DNA of 64,000 nt, from contig DAICXZ010000009.1 in the NCBI GenBank assembly GCA_027311945.1, forward strand, positions 114,243-178,242. The letters are read 5' to 3'. The translations under genes were made by a program, and so were the position numbers. This document shows, piece by piece, positions 38,837 to 47,583 of the stretch. The notes beneath the pieces were generated by a model. The model made no database searches. It was given only the letters and a program-made list of their open reading frames with translations, and was not told the origin of the DNA. Positions within the stretch are counted from its first letter, which is position 1; each line of letters begins with the position of its first letter. This DNA comes from Erythrobacter sp. (lineage in GTDB: Bacteria; Pseudomonadota; Alphaproteobacteria; Sphingomonadales; Sphingomonadaceae).

Positions 38837-41695
38837 ATGGCTACGCGCATGCTTATCGATGCGCGCCACCCGGAAGAAACACGGGTGGCGGTGCTCCAGG
38901 GAAATCGCATTGAGGAATTCGACTTTGAATCTGCCGAACACAAGCAGATCAAAGGCAACATCTATCTCGCCAAGGTCACACGGGTAGAACCCAGCCTGCA
39001 GGCTGCTTTCGTCGATTTTGGCGGCAACCGGCACGGGTTCCTCGCCTTCAGCGAAATCCATCCCGACTATTACCAGATCCCGCAGGCTGATCGTGACGCG
39101 CTGCTGGCTGAAGAACAGGCCGCGGCCGACGAAGAAGCCGCCCTGCGCGAGCAGGAAGACGGCGACGATGGCGATCTCGACGGTCACGATGGTGACGACG
39201 AGCCCGGCGTCGAAGAGATCGACACCTCCGAAAAGGACGATGTCGCGACGATCGAGGATGGTCACGTCGAAAACGGCGATGACGATGACAGCGACGGCGA
39301 AGATACCGGCGCCGACGACGAAGACGAGGGTGACGACAGCGAATCCGGCGAGGACGACAATGGCGAGCAGCGCTCGCGTCGAGGCCGCGGCCGGGGCCGC
39401 GCGCGCCGTCAGGGCAATGGTCGCCGCAATAGCGGTGGCAGCCGTGCCAAGGAAATCGACGAAGCCCGCGCCAAGCGTCAGGCGCTGCGTCGCCGCTACA
39501 AGATCCAGGACGTTATCCAGCGCCGCCAGGTGCTGCTGGTGCAGGTCGTCAAGGAAGAGCGCGGCAACAAGGGCGCTGCCCTCACCACCTATCTCTCGCT
39601 GGCGGGCCGCTATTGCGTGCTGATGCCGAACTCCAGCCACGGCGGCGGCATCAGCCGCAAGATTTCGTCGGGCTCGGACCGCAAGCGCCTGAAGAGCATC
39701 GTCAGCGACCTGTCGCTGCCGCGCTCTATGGGCCTGATCGTGCGCACCGCCGGCCTTTCGCGCACCAAGACCGAGATCAAGCGCGACTTCGACTATCTCG
39801 CCCGCCTGTGGGACGAGATCCGCGAGAACACGCTGAAGTCGTCAGCGCCGGCGATGATCCATTCGGACAGCGACCTGATCAAGCGCGCCATTCGCGACAT
39901 CTACAACCGCGAGATCGAAGAGGTCGTGGTCGAGGGTGAGGCTGGCTACAAGGCCGCGCGCGCCTTCATGAAGCTGCTGATGCCGAGCCACGCCCGGCGG
40001 GTGAAGCACTATTCCGATCCGGTGCCGCTGTTCCAGCGCTATGGCGCGGAAGACCAGCTTTCGGCGATGTACGATCCGATGGTGCAGCTGAAATCGGGCG
40101 GCTACCTCATCATCAACCCGACCGAGGCGCTGGTCTCGATCGACATCAACTCGGGCCGCTCCACCAAGGAACACGGCATCGAGCAGACCGCACTGCACAC
40201 CAACCTCGAGGCGGCGCGCAAAATCGCCCGCCAGCTGCGCCTGCGCGATATGGCCGGATTGGTGGTGATCGACTTCATCGACATGGAGCACGGCTCGAAC
40301 GTGCGCAAGGTCGAGAAGGCGATGAAGGACGCGCTCAAGAACGACCGGGCGCGCATTCAGGTCGGCCGCATTTCGGGCTTCGGCCTCATGGAAATGAGCC
40401 GCCAGCGCCTGCGCACCGGCGTGCTCGAGGCGACCACGCGCGAATGCCCGCACTGCGACGGCACCGGCCTTGTCCGCACCGCCAGCTCGGCGGGCCTGTC
40501 GGCACTGCGTATGATCGAGGACGAGGCGGCCAAGGGCAAAGGCACGCTGATCACGCTCTTTGCCTCAACCGAGGCTTCGATCTACCTGCTCAACGCCAAG
40601 CGCGCCGATCTCGCCGAGATCGAGAAGCTTTATGGCGTGACGGTGGAAGTCCAGCCCGAGGGTGAGGACGAAGGCGCGAAGATGCGTGTCACCTCCTCCG
40701 GCCCGCGCCCGACCGAGACGCCGAAGTTCGAACAGATCGTCGACGAGGATGACGATCCGATCGAGGATGAGGACGAAGGCACCGAGGACGAGGCCGAAGA
40801 TCATGCCGACAACGATGACGACGATCAGCGCCGCTCGAAGCGTCGCCGTCGCCGCCGGGGTGGTCGTGGCCGCAACAAGGGCCGCGACGAGGATGGCGAC
40901 AGCGAAGGTTCAGATAACGAGGACGAGGCAGGCTCGGACGACGATGCTTCTGACAATGCCGAGAGCGACGACAGCGGGAACGAGGCCGACACCGATGGCG
41001 ATGGCGAGGAGAAGCCGCGTCGCCGCCGTCGCCGGGGTGGTCGCGGCCGCAACCGTCGCCGTGACGAGAACGGTGCGGAAGGTGAAGACGAAGCAGGCTC
41101 CGAGGGCGACGATGCTTCCACCGAGGACGCCCAGCCCGAGCTTGCCGAGGCCACGGCAGACGCGCCTGCACCTGAAGTAGCCGAGGCAGCGGAACCCGCC
41201 GCCGAGACCGCCGAAGCTGCTGCACCGGCTGAAGAAGAAGCGCCCAAGCCCAAGCGCCGCTCGCGCGCAAAGAAGGCGGAGCCCAAGCCCGAAGCTGAGG
41301 CCGAAGCCGAAGCTCGTGCCGAGGAGGCTCCCAAGCCCAAGCGCCGCTCGCGCGCCAGGAAGGTGGAGCCCAAGCCCGAAGCTGAGGCCGAAGCCGAGGC
41401 ACCTGCCGAGGAGGCTCCGAAGCCGAAGCGTCGCTCGCGTGCCAAGAAGGTTGCCGAACCGGCAACGGAAGCGGCTGCTGCTACCGAAGAGGCGGCAGAA
41501 GCGAAGCCAGAGGTAGAGGCGGCACCCGCCCCGGCCAAACCGGAAGCAGCCGAACCGGCTCAGGAACCCGCTCCCGCCGAGGAAGCGCCGACGGCTGAAG
41601 CAGCCCCGTCCGCCGAAGACAGCCAAGCAAGCGATGATAAGGGCGAAGAACAGCCCCGCCGCGGCGGGTGGTGGCAGCGCACTTTCGGCGCCTGA
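38837..41695 (+). CDS. rne: Ribonuclease E
   Basis: From the ATG at 38837 the translation is MATRMLIDARHPEETRVAVLQGNRIEEFDFES...IYLAKVTRVEPSLQAAFVDFG. An acidic/Arg-rich insertion splits the S1 domain. This is followed by a DNase I-like/Zn-link core (CPHCDGTG) and a long charged, disordered C-terminal half. Confidence 0.92.
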   Translation: MATRMLIDARHPEETRVAVLQGNRIEEFDFESAEHKQIKGNIYLAKVTRVEPSLQAAFVDFGGNRHGFLAFSEIHPDYYQIPQADRDALLAEEQAAADEEAALREQEDGDDGDLDGHDGDDEPGVEEIDTSEKDDVATIEDGHVENGDDDDSDGEDTGADDEDEGDDSESGEDDNGEQRSRRGRGRGRARRQGNGRRNSGGSRAKEIDEARAKRQALRRRYKIQDVIQRRQVLLVQVVKEERGNKGAALTTYLSLAGRYCVLMPNSSHGGGISRKISSGSDRKRLKSIVSDLSLPRSMGLIVRTAGLSRTKTEIKRDFDYLARLWDEIRENTLKSSAPAMIHSDSDLIKRAIRDIYNREIEEVVVEGEAGYKAARAFMKLLMPSHARRVKHYSDPVPLFQRYGAEDQLSAMYDPMVQLKSGGYLIINPTEALVSIDINSGRSTKEHGIEQTALHTNLEAARKIARQLRLRDMAGLVVIDFIDMEHGSNVRKVEKAMKDALKNDRARIQVGRISGFGLMEMSRQRLRTGVLEATTRECPHCDGTGLVRTASSAGLSALRMIEDEAAKGKGTLITLFASTEASIYLLNAKRADLAEIEKLYGVTVEVQPEGEDEGAKMRVTSSGPRPTETPKFEQIVDEDDDPIEDEDEGTEDEAEDHADNDDDDQRRSKRRRRRRGGRGRNKGRDEDGDSEGSDNEDEAGSDDDASDNAESDDSGNEADTDGDGEEKPRRRRRRGGRGRNRRRDENGAEGEDEAGSEGDDASTEDAQPELAEATADAPAPEVAEAAEPAAETAEAAAPAEEEAPKPKRRSRAKKAEPKPEAEAEAEARAEEAPKPKRRSRARKVEPKPEAEAEAEAPAEEAPKPKRRSRAKKVAEPATEAAAATEEAAEAKPEVEAAPAPAKPEAAEPAQEPAPAEEAPTAEAAPSAEDSQASDDKGEEQPRRGGWWQRTFGA
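41240..41455 (+). repeat. 87-bp coding tandem repeat (about 2.5 copies) in the RNase E C-terminal region
   Basis: The units begin at 41240, 41327 and 41414. Each full unit encodes A-PKPKRRSRAKK-EPKPEAEAEAEA--AEE, with only a few substitutions between copies. Confidence 0.85.
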
Positions 41696-41718
41696 TCACC
41701 GCATTACAGCTACAAGAG

Positions 41719-41757
41719 CGGGCCGCTTGCCTTCCGGGCAGGCGGCCCGTTTTGCTT
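41719..41757 (+). terminator. Rho-independent terminator after rne
   Basis: cgggccgcttgcc-ttccg-ggcaggcggcccg followed by TTTTGCTTTG. Confidence 0.65.
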
Positions 41758-41771
41758 TGAGTTAAGTTTTG

Positions 41772-42407
41772 TCAGGCTCCGGCCCGGCGGGCCATGCCCC
41801 ACTCCATCCACCCGGCCCAACGCGGCGCCTTGGCGAAGTACTCCTGCCCGATCGGCTCGACCTCGAACCCGGCCCCGCGGATGGCAGCGCCGATCTCGCG
41901 GGTAAGGTGGCAATTGCCCGCAAGCCGCTTCCAGACGGGCTCGATACGGCCTTGCCAGCGGACAACGCCCGCGTCGGGCGCTCTGCCATGTTCGAGATAG
42001 AGCAGGCGTCCACCTGGCTTAAGCACCCGCCGCAGTTCGGCCAGCACCCGTGCCTGATCTCCGACCGAGCACAAGGTATATGTGCACACTACCGTATCGA
42101 AAGAGCCGTCGGCAAAGGGGATGTTCTCGCCTACCCCACTGCGGAAATCGGCAGCCAGGCCGGTAGCCTGCGCGCTCGCCCGCGCGGCCTCCAGCAGGGT
42201 GGCATTAGGGTCAATCCCGGCGAAGCTGCTGATTTGGGCGGGATCGTAGAGCTGCTGGTTGAAGCCGCCGCCGCATCCCAGCTCAAACACTGCGCCGCGC
42301 GCCAAGGGCACGACCTCGCGCCGCAGTTGCGCCACATCGTCGCTGCTGCAACCCATCGCGATAACGCGCGGAAGCACATGCGCATCATACCAGGACCGTA
42401 CCCCCAT
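41772..42407 (-). CDS. Class I SAM-dependent methyltransferase
   Basis: Motif I is VFELGCGGG, followed by DTVVCTYTLCSV and LKPGGRLLYLEHG. The start is probably the ATG at 42407 rather than the listed 42464. Confidence 0.7.
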   Translation of the reverse strand: MGVRSWYDAHVLPRVIAMGCSSDDVAQLRREVVPLARGAVFELGCGGGFNQQLYDPAQISSFAGIDPNATLLEAARASAQATGLAADFRSGVGENIPFADGSFDTVVCTYTLCSVGDQARVLAELRRVLKPGGRLLYLEHGRAPDAGVVRWQGRIEPVWKRLAGNCHLTREIGAAIRGAGFEVEPIGQEYFAKAPRWAGWMEWGMARRAGA

Positions 42408-42470
42408 CGCCGCTCCTTCGCGCCGCCAAGTCCCTATTCTAGCAGGTCTTTCCCCCGTTACCAATCGTGA

Positions 42471-43187
42471 TCATGGCGTAATGCGCTCGCCGCGCCAGTC
42501 GAACAAGCCGCCGCTGTCTGCCGGGGTCAGCCTTTCGATAACCGACAACAGGTTCGCGCTTGCAGCACCAGGCGCGGTCAGCTGGCCCTCGGGCAGGTTG
42601 CTTTGAAAGGGGGACGACAGGCGCGTATCGACGGTTCCCGGATGCAGCGCGACGATCACGGCTTCGGGATGGGTGCGCCCCATTTCGATCGCGAAGTTCG
42701 CCACCAGCATGTTAAGCGCCGCCTTGCTCGCCCGGTACGAATGCCACCCGCCGATCCGGTTATCGGAGATTGACCCGACGCGCGCCGAAAGCGCCGCAAA
42801 CACGCTGCGCCGCCCGCGCGGAAATAGCGGCAACACATGCTTTGCAACCATGGCGGGAGCGATCGTGTTGATCCGCAAGATCTCGGCCATAGCTGCGGGA
42901 TCGAGCGCCTTGTAGCTTCGCTCGGGCCCGGTTCCGTCAGGCAGCGTCAGCGCGCCAGTCGCCACCACCACGAGGTCGGGCGGATCGCCGGTCCAGCCCG
43001 AGAGGGCCTGTGCGATACTGTCTTCGTTGCCGATATCACAGGCGAACCATCGCACACCTTGCATTGGCGCGCCTTCGCCGCTGCGCGATCCGGCCAGCAC
43101 CTCCACACCCCGCGCTGCCAGACTGGTCACCAGCGCACTGCCGATCCCGCCGCTTGCTCCGAACACTGCTGCCTTGCCGATGGTCAT
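42471..43187 (-). CDS. SDR family oxidoreductase (C-factor-like)
   Basis: From the ATG at 43187 the translation is MTIGKAAVFGASGGIGSAL (TGxxxGIG-type motif), with the catalytic YRASKAAL. Confidence 0.8.
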   Translation of the reverse strand: MTIGKAAVFGASGGIGSALVTSLAARGVEVLAGSRSGEGAPMQGVRWFACDIGNEDSIAQALSGWTGDPPDLVVVATGALTLPDGTGPERSYKALDPAAMAEILRINTIAPAMVAKHVLPLFPRGRRSVFAALSARVGSISDNRIGGWHSYRASKAALNMLVANFAIEMGRTHPEAVIVALHPGTVDTRLSSPFQSNLPEGQLTAPGAASANLLSVIERLTPADSGGLFDWRGERITP

Positions 43188-43309
43188 TGCCGTTTTCGCT
43201 CTCCAAAACCGTGCCTGAGGGTGAAATTCCCCGCTCTGCTGCGCCTGCACACCTTGCGCCGTGGCGTCAGGCGGCTAGATAGGGACCAAATTCAAATAGG
43301 ACCGATCCC

Positions 43310-44092
43310 ATGGCGACCTTCACCCTCCCCAAGAACTCCAAGATTTCCGGCAAGGGCAATGTCCATAAGGCCGAAGGCGCGAACCGTGTGAAGTCCTTCA
43401 AAATCTACCGCTACGATCCCGACAGCGGCCAGAACCCGCGCTACGACACTTTCGAGATCGACCTCGACGACTGCGGCCCGATGGTGCTGGATGCGCTGTT
43501 CAAGATCAAGAACGAGGTTGATCCCACGCTGACCTTCCGCCGCTCGTGCCGCGAGGGGATTTGCGGTTCATGCTCGATGAACATGAACGGCAAGAACGGC
43601 CTCGCCTGCACCACCGCGATCGAAGATCTTTCGGGCGACATCCGCATCACCCCGCTGCCGCACATGGAGGTGATCAAGGATCTGGTGCCCGACTTCACCC
43701 ATTTCTACGCGCAGTATGCCAGCATCCGCCCGTGGCTGCAGACGGTCAGCACCACGCCTTCGGGCAAGGAGCGGTTGCAGTCACCTGAACAGCGCGAGAA
43801 GCTCGACGGGCTTTACGAGTGCATTCTGTGCGCCTGCTGCTCGACCTCGTGCCCCAGCTACTGGTGGAATTCCGACAAGTTCCTTGGCCCGGCGATCCTG
43901 CTTCAGGCCTACCGCTGGCTGGCCGACAGCCGCGACGAAATGACCGGCGAACGGCTCGACGCGCTGGAAGACCCGTTCCGGCTCTATCGCTGTCACACCA
44001 TCATGAACTGTGCGAACGTCTGCCCCAAGGGGCTATCGCCCGCCAAGGCGATTGCCGAAACCAAGAAGATGATGGCTGAAAGGCACATCTGA
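43310..44092 (+). CDS. sdhB: Succinate dehydrogenase iron-sulfur subunit
   Basis: 260 aa with three Cys clusters: [27 protein letters not shown] and [12 protein letters not shown]. Confidence 0.95.
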   Translation: MATFTLPKNSKISGKGNVHKAEGANRVKSFKIYRYDPDSGQNPRYDTFEIDLDDCGPMVLDALFKIKNEVDPTLTFRRSCREGICGSCSMNMNGKNGLACTTAIEDLSGDIRITPLPHMEVIKDLVPDFTHFYAQYASIRPWLQTVSTTPSGKERLQSPEQREKLDGLYECILCACCSTSCPSYWWNSDKFLGPAILLQAYRWLADSRDEMTGERLDALEDPFRLYRCHTIMNCANVCPKGLSPAKAIAETKKMMAERHI

Positions 44093-44095
44093 CCC

Positions 44096-44554
44096 TTGGC
44101 CGACGTGAGCCAACCGGCCCAGCGCCGGGAGCATCCCGATTACCCCGGTTGGATCGATGCCGCCTTCGGCGAGGCCGAGCACTATAATCGCGCGGTTATC
44201 GGCACGTTGCTGATCCGGCGGGACAGCCCGCAGGTGGCGCGCCTGCGGATGATCCCTGAGGAGCGGCACAAGAACCAGTATGGCGTCGTCCATGGCGGCG
44301 CGATTCTCGGTCTGATCGACATCGCCGGTTTCGCTGGCGCCACCGAACTGACCGACGGCGCCTTTCCCGGCGGCGTCACCATCGAGCTGACCAATCACTT
44401 CGTAGGCTCGGCTGATCCCGAACAGCCGCTCGATGCCACGGTCGAAGTTATCCGCGAAACGGGCAAGATGGTGTTCGTTCGCGGCACCGTCGAGCAAGAC
44501 GGCGCAATCCTCGGTTCGTGGTCCTCGATCCTGCGCAAAGTTTCCGCGAGATAA
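44096..44554 (+). CDS. PaaI/hotdog-fold thioesterase
   Basis: 152 aa containing NQYGVVHGGAILGLIDIA, typical of PaaI-family thioesterases. The start is a non-ATG codon (TTG at 44096) and is uncertain. Confidence 0.68.
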   Translation: MADVSQPAQRREHPDYPGWIDAAFGEAEHYNRAVIGTLLIRRDSPQVARLRMIPEERHKNQYGVVHGGAILGLIDIAGFAGATELTDGAFPGGVTIELTNHFVGSADPEQPLDATVEVIRETGKMVFVRGTVEQDGAILGSWSSILRKVSAR

Positions 44555-44564
44555 AGGCTTCGCG

Positions 44565-45677
44565 ATGAGCGTACTGGCACGCTACGAACGGCTCGTCACC
44601 GACGGCCAGCTCCGCCCCGACCCCGATCAGCGTCGTGCTGCCGAACGGCTCGACCGGCTCCAGCGTGAGCTTGAGGCCGACGAGACCGGCGGGCTGCTCG
44701 GCCAATTGTTCGGGCGCAAGAAGGTGCGGCCGCAGGGCGTTTACATGTGGGGCGGCGTCGGGCGCGGCAAGTCGATGCTGATGGACCTGTTCCACGACAA
44801 CCTTGCCATCAGCGAGAAGCGGCGCGCGCATTTCCATGCCTTCATGCAGGAAGTCCACGCCCGCCTGCGCGATGCCCGCAAGAGCGAAAGCGGCGACCCG
44901 ATCCCGGTCATAGCCCGCGACATTGCCGCTGGCCTGCGCGTGCTTGCCTTCGACGAGATGGTGGTCACCAATTCGGCCGATGCAATGATCATGAGCCGAC
45001 TGTTTACCGCGCTGATCCGCGAGCATTCGATTGCCGTGGTTACAACGAGTAACCGCCCGCCGTGCGACCTTTACAAGGACGGGATCAACCGCGACCTGTT
45101 TTTGCCCTTCATCGCGCTGATTGAGGAGGAACTGGACGTTCTCCCGCTCGACGGGCCGACCGACTACCGGATGCAGCGGATCGGCGGGCTCGACACCTGG
45201 CATTGCCCGCTGGGGGACGAGGCCACGGCCAAAGTGCGCGAGGCGTTCTTCCGCCTTACCGACTTCGCGCCCGAGGATGCCGCCAATGTGCCCAGCGCCG
45301 AGCTTGATGTCGGTGGCGGGAGGATGCTGCATGTACCCAAGAGCATGAAGGGCGTGGCCGTGTTCAGTTTCAAGAAGCTATGCGCCGAGGCGCGCGGTGC
45401 GCCTGACTATCTCGCCATCGCCCACGCCTATCACACCGTCATCCTCGTGGGCATTCCGCAGATGGGTCCGCAGATGCGAAACGAAGCGGCGCGTTTCGTG
45501 ACACTGATCGACGCACTTTACGAAATGCGCGTGAAGCTGTTTGCGACCGCCGCCTGCGCGCCAGACGACCTCTATCCCTCAGGCGACGGGGCCTTCGAGT
45601 TCGAACGCACGGTCAGCCGCCTCAACGAGATGCAGAGCCGCGAATATATGGCGCTCGGCCATGGCGAGGGTGACTAG
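44565..45677 (+). CDS. zapE: Cell division protein ZapE (AFG1-family ATPase)
   Basis: From the ATG at 44565 the translation is MSVLARYERLVTDGQLRPDPDQ, with Walker A GGVGRGKSMLMD and Walker B LAFDEM. Confidence 0.85.
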   Translation: MSVLARYERLVTDGQLRPDPDQRRAAERLDRLQRELEADETGGLLGQLFGRKKVRPQGVYMWGGVGRGKSMLMDLFHDNLAISEKRRAHFHAFMQEVHARLRDARKSESGDPIPVIARDIAAGLRVLAFDEMVVTNSADAMIMSRLFTALIREHSIAVVTTSNRPPCDLYKDGINRDLFLPFIALIEEELDVLPLDGPTDYRMQRIGGLDTWHCPLGDEATAKVREAFFRLTDFAPEDAANVPSAELDVGGGRMLHVPKSMKGVAVFSFKKLCAEARGAPDYLAIAHAYHTVILVGIPQMGPQMRNEAARFVTLIDALYEMRVKLFATAACAPDDLYPSGDGAFEFERTVSRLNEMQSREYMALGHGEGD

Positions 45678-47572
45678 CAGCTGATCCCCAACCGGGCGAG
45701 TGACCGATCCAGCATCACGAGCTGCCACAAAAGTCTCCCATGGTCCGAGCGGCCCGAGATGTGCTCCTCCGCCACCCCTGCAAGCCGAGCGTTGTCGAAC
45801 CAGCCCGTCCGCGCCAGCGCCGATGGCCCCGCAATGCCGCGCGCCTTATCGGCCAGCGGACCGCGAAACCACTCGGCAATCGGGGTGACGAATCCTTGCT
45901 TGGGGCGATAGAGGATGTCCTTGGGCAGATAGCGTTCCATCGCCTTTTTCAGCAGCCACTTGCCCTGCCCGCCCTTCACCCGCAGCCCCTGGGGCAGCCG
46001 CGCGCAGAACTCGACCAGATGGTGATCGAGCAGCGGCTCGCGCGCTTCGAGGCTCACGGCCATCGAGGTGCGGTCGACCTTGGTGAGGATGTCACCCGGC
46101 AGCCAGAAAGTGAGGTCGGCATATTGCGCCGCATCGAGGCCCGAACGCGCCGGTGCTCCCGCCATCCGCTCGATCAGCGCCGTCTCGCCGCGATAGTCAC
46201 CGATCTGCCGGGAGAGCGCTTCGGAATAGAGGCCAAGCCTAACCTCGGGCGGCGTTACCGATAGCGCGCGTGCATAGCCCTGCGGCCCGGTTCCCGAGAG
46301 CGACTGCAAGGTCGACTTGAAGCGCAAAGGGCGTGGGAGCCAGTCGGCCTTGGGCCAGGCTGCGCCTAATGGCGCGAGCGCCTTCTCGCGCAGCGCCTGC
46401 GGGATCATCCCGCGAACCCGCTCCTCATGCGCGTGGAAAACCTGTCGGCGATATCCCGCAAGTGCCTCGTCCGCCCCGTCGCCAGATAGCGCCACGGTCA
46501 CGCTTTCGCGTGCGAGCTGGCACACGCGCCAAGTCGGCAGAGCAGAGGCATCGGCGAAGGGCTCGTCGAACATACCTGCGATGGCGTCGATGGCGTCGAA
46601 CTGGTCGGCGCTGACCGTTCGGGCGGCGTGGTTGGTGCCGAACAGTTCGGCCACGCGCTGGGCGTAACTTGTCTCATCGGCGCTGGCGACGTCGAACCCG
46701 ATCGAGCAGGTCCGCACCGGCTCGCGCGCCTCTTCCGCCATCATCGCCACCACGGTGGAGCTGTCGACCCCGCCCGAGAGGAAGGCGCCGAGCGGCACGT
46801 CAGCCACCATGCGCGAGGATACCCCCAGCTTCAGCCGGTGCAGCAGCTCGGCCTCGAGATCACGCGCGTTGCCCGCATGGCGGTCAGCAAAGGAGATGTC
46901 CCAATAGCGCTGCGGCTGCGCCACCGCGCTGTCATGCCGCAGCAGCATGGTGTGCGCGGCAGGCAGCTTTTCCACGCCCTTGAGGATCGAACGATGATCG
47001 GGGACATAGCCCCAGGTCATGTAGTCCTCGATCGCCAGTGGATCGACCTCGCGGCGCAGAAGCGGATGCGCGAGCAGGCCCTTCAGCTCCGAGGCGAAGG
47101 CGAGCGATCCGTCCGACAGATGCGCGAGGAACAGCGGCTTCACCCCGAACCGGTCGCGCGCGAGGAACAGCGTGCGCTCGCCCTGATCGTAGATCGCGAA
47201 GGCGAACATCCCGTCGAGCCGCCGCACGCAGTCAGGCCCCCAGCGCCTCCACGCGGCAAGGATCACTTCGGTATCGCCGTCAGTGCGGAATTGCTCACCC
47301 AGCGCTGCAAGGTCGCGGCGCAGCTCGCGGAAGTTGTAGATCTCGCCGTTGAACACGATAACCGTGCGCTCATCCGGCGTGAGCATCGGTTGCGGCGAGC
47401 CTTCGATGTCGATGATCGAGAGGCGGCGGTGGCCGAGCGCAACACCCGGCGCATTCCACACGCCCGATCCGTCCGGCCCGCGATGCGCGAGCACGTCGCA
47501 CATCCGCGCGACCCGGCCGGGATCGACCGGCTTGATCGTGCCACAGTGAAAAATGCCAGCGATCCCGCACAT
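45674..47572 (-). CDS. Asparagine synthase-like amidotransferase, XrtA/PEP-CTERM-system-associated type
   Basis: The true start gives MCGIAGIF (an Ntn Cys2), followed by the PP-loop SGGVDSS. It is the last gene of the xrtA operon. The listed ORF extends 105 codons into xrtA. Confidence 0.85.
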   Translation of the reverse strand: MCGIAGIFHCGTIKPVDPGRVARMCDVLAHRGPDGSGVWNAPGVALGHRRLSIIDIEGSPQPMLTPDERTVIVFNGEIYNFRELRRDLAALGEQFRTDGDTEVILAAWRRWGPDCVRRLDGMFAFAIYDQGERTLFLARDRFGVKPLFLAHLSDGSLAFASELKGLLAHPLLRREVDPLAIEDYMTWGYVPDHRSILKGVEKLPAAHTMLLRHDSAVAQPQRYWDISFADRHAGNARDLEAELLHRLKLGVSSRMVADVPLGAFLSGGVDSSTVVAMMAEEAREPVRTCSIGFDVASADETSYAQRVAELFGTNHAARTVSADQFDAIDAIAGMFDEPFADASALPTWRVCQLARESVTVALSGDGADEALAGYRRQVFHAHEERVRGMIPQALREKALAPLGAAWPKADWLPRPLRFKSTLQSLSGTGPQGYARALSVTPPEVRLGLYSEALSRQIGDYRGETALIERMAGAPARSGLDAAQYADLTFWLPGDILTKVDRTSMAVSLEAREPLLDHHLVEFCARLPQGLRVKGGQGKWLLKKAMERYLPKDILYRPKQGFVTPIAEWFRGPLADKARGIAGPSALARTGWFDNARLAGVAEEHISGRSDHGRLLWQLVMLDRSLARLGISC

Positions 47573-47583
47573 GGGAGCCTCGC

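Noticed and set aside
41240-41455. Tandem repeats considered as a possible CRISPR-like or intergenic repeat array
   Set aside because: The repeats are directly abutting 87-bp units with no spacers. They are in frame inside rne and encode a coherent peptide repeat. No cas genes or CRISPR-like arrays occur anywhere in the window.
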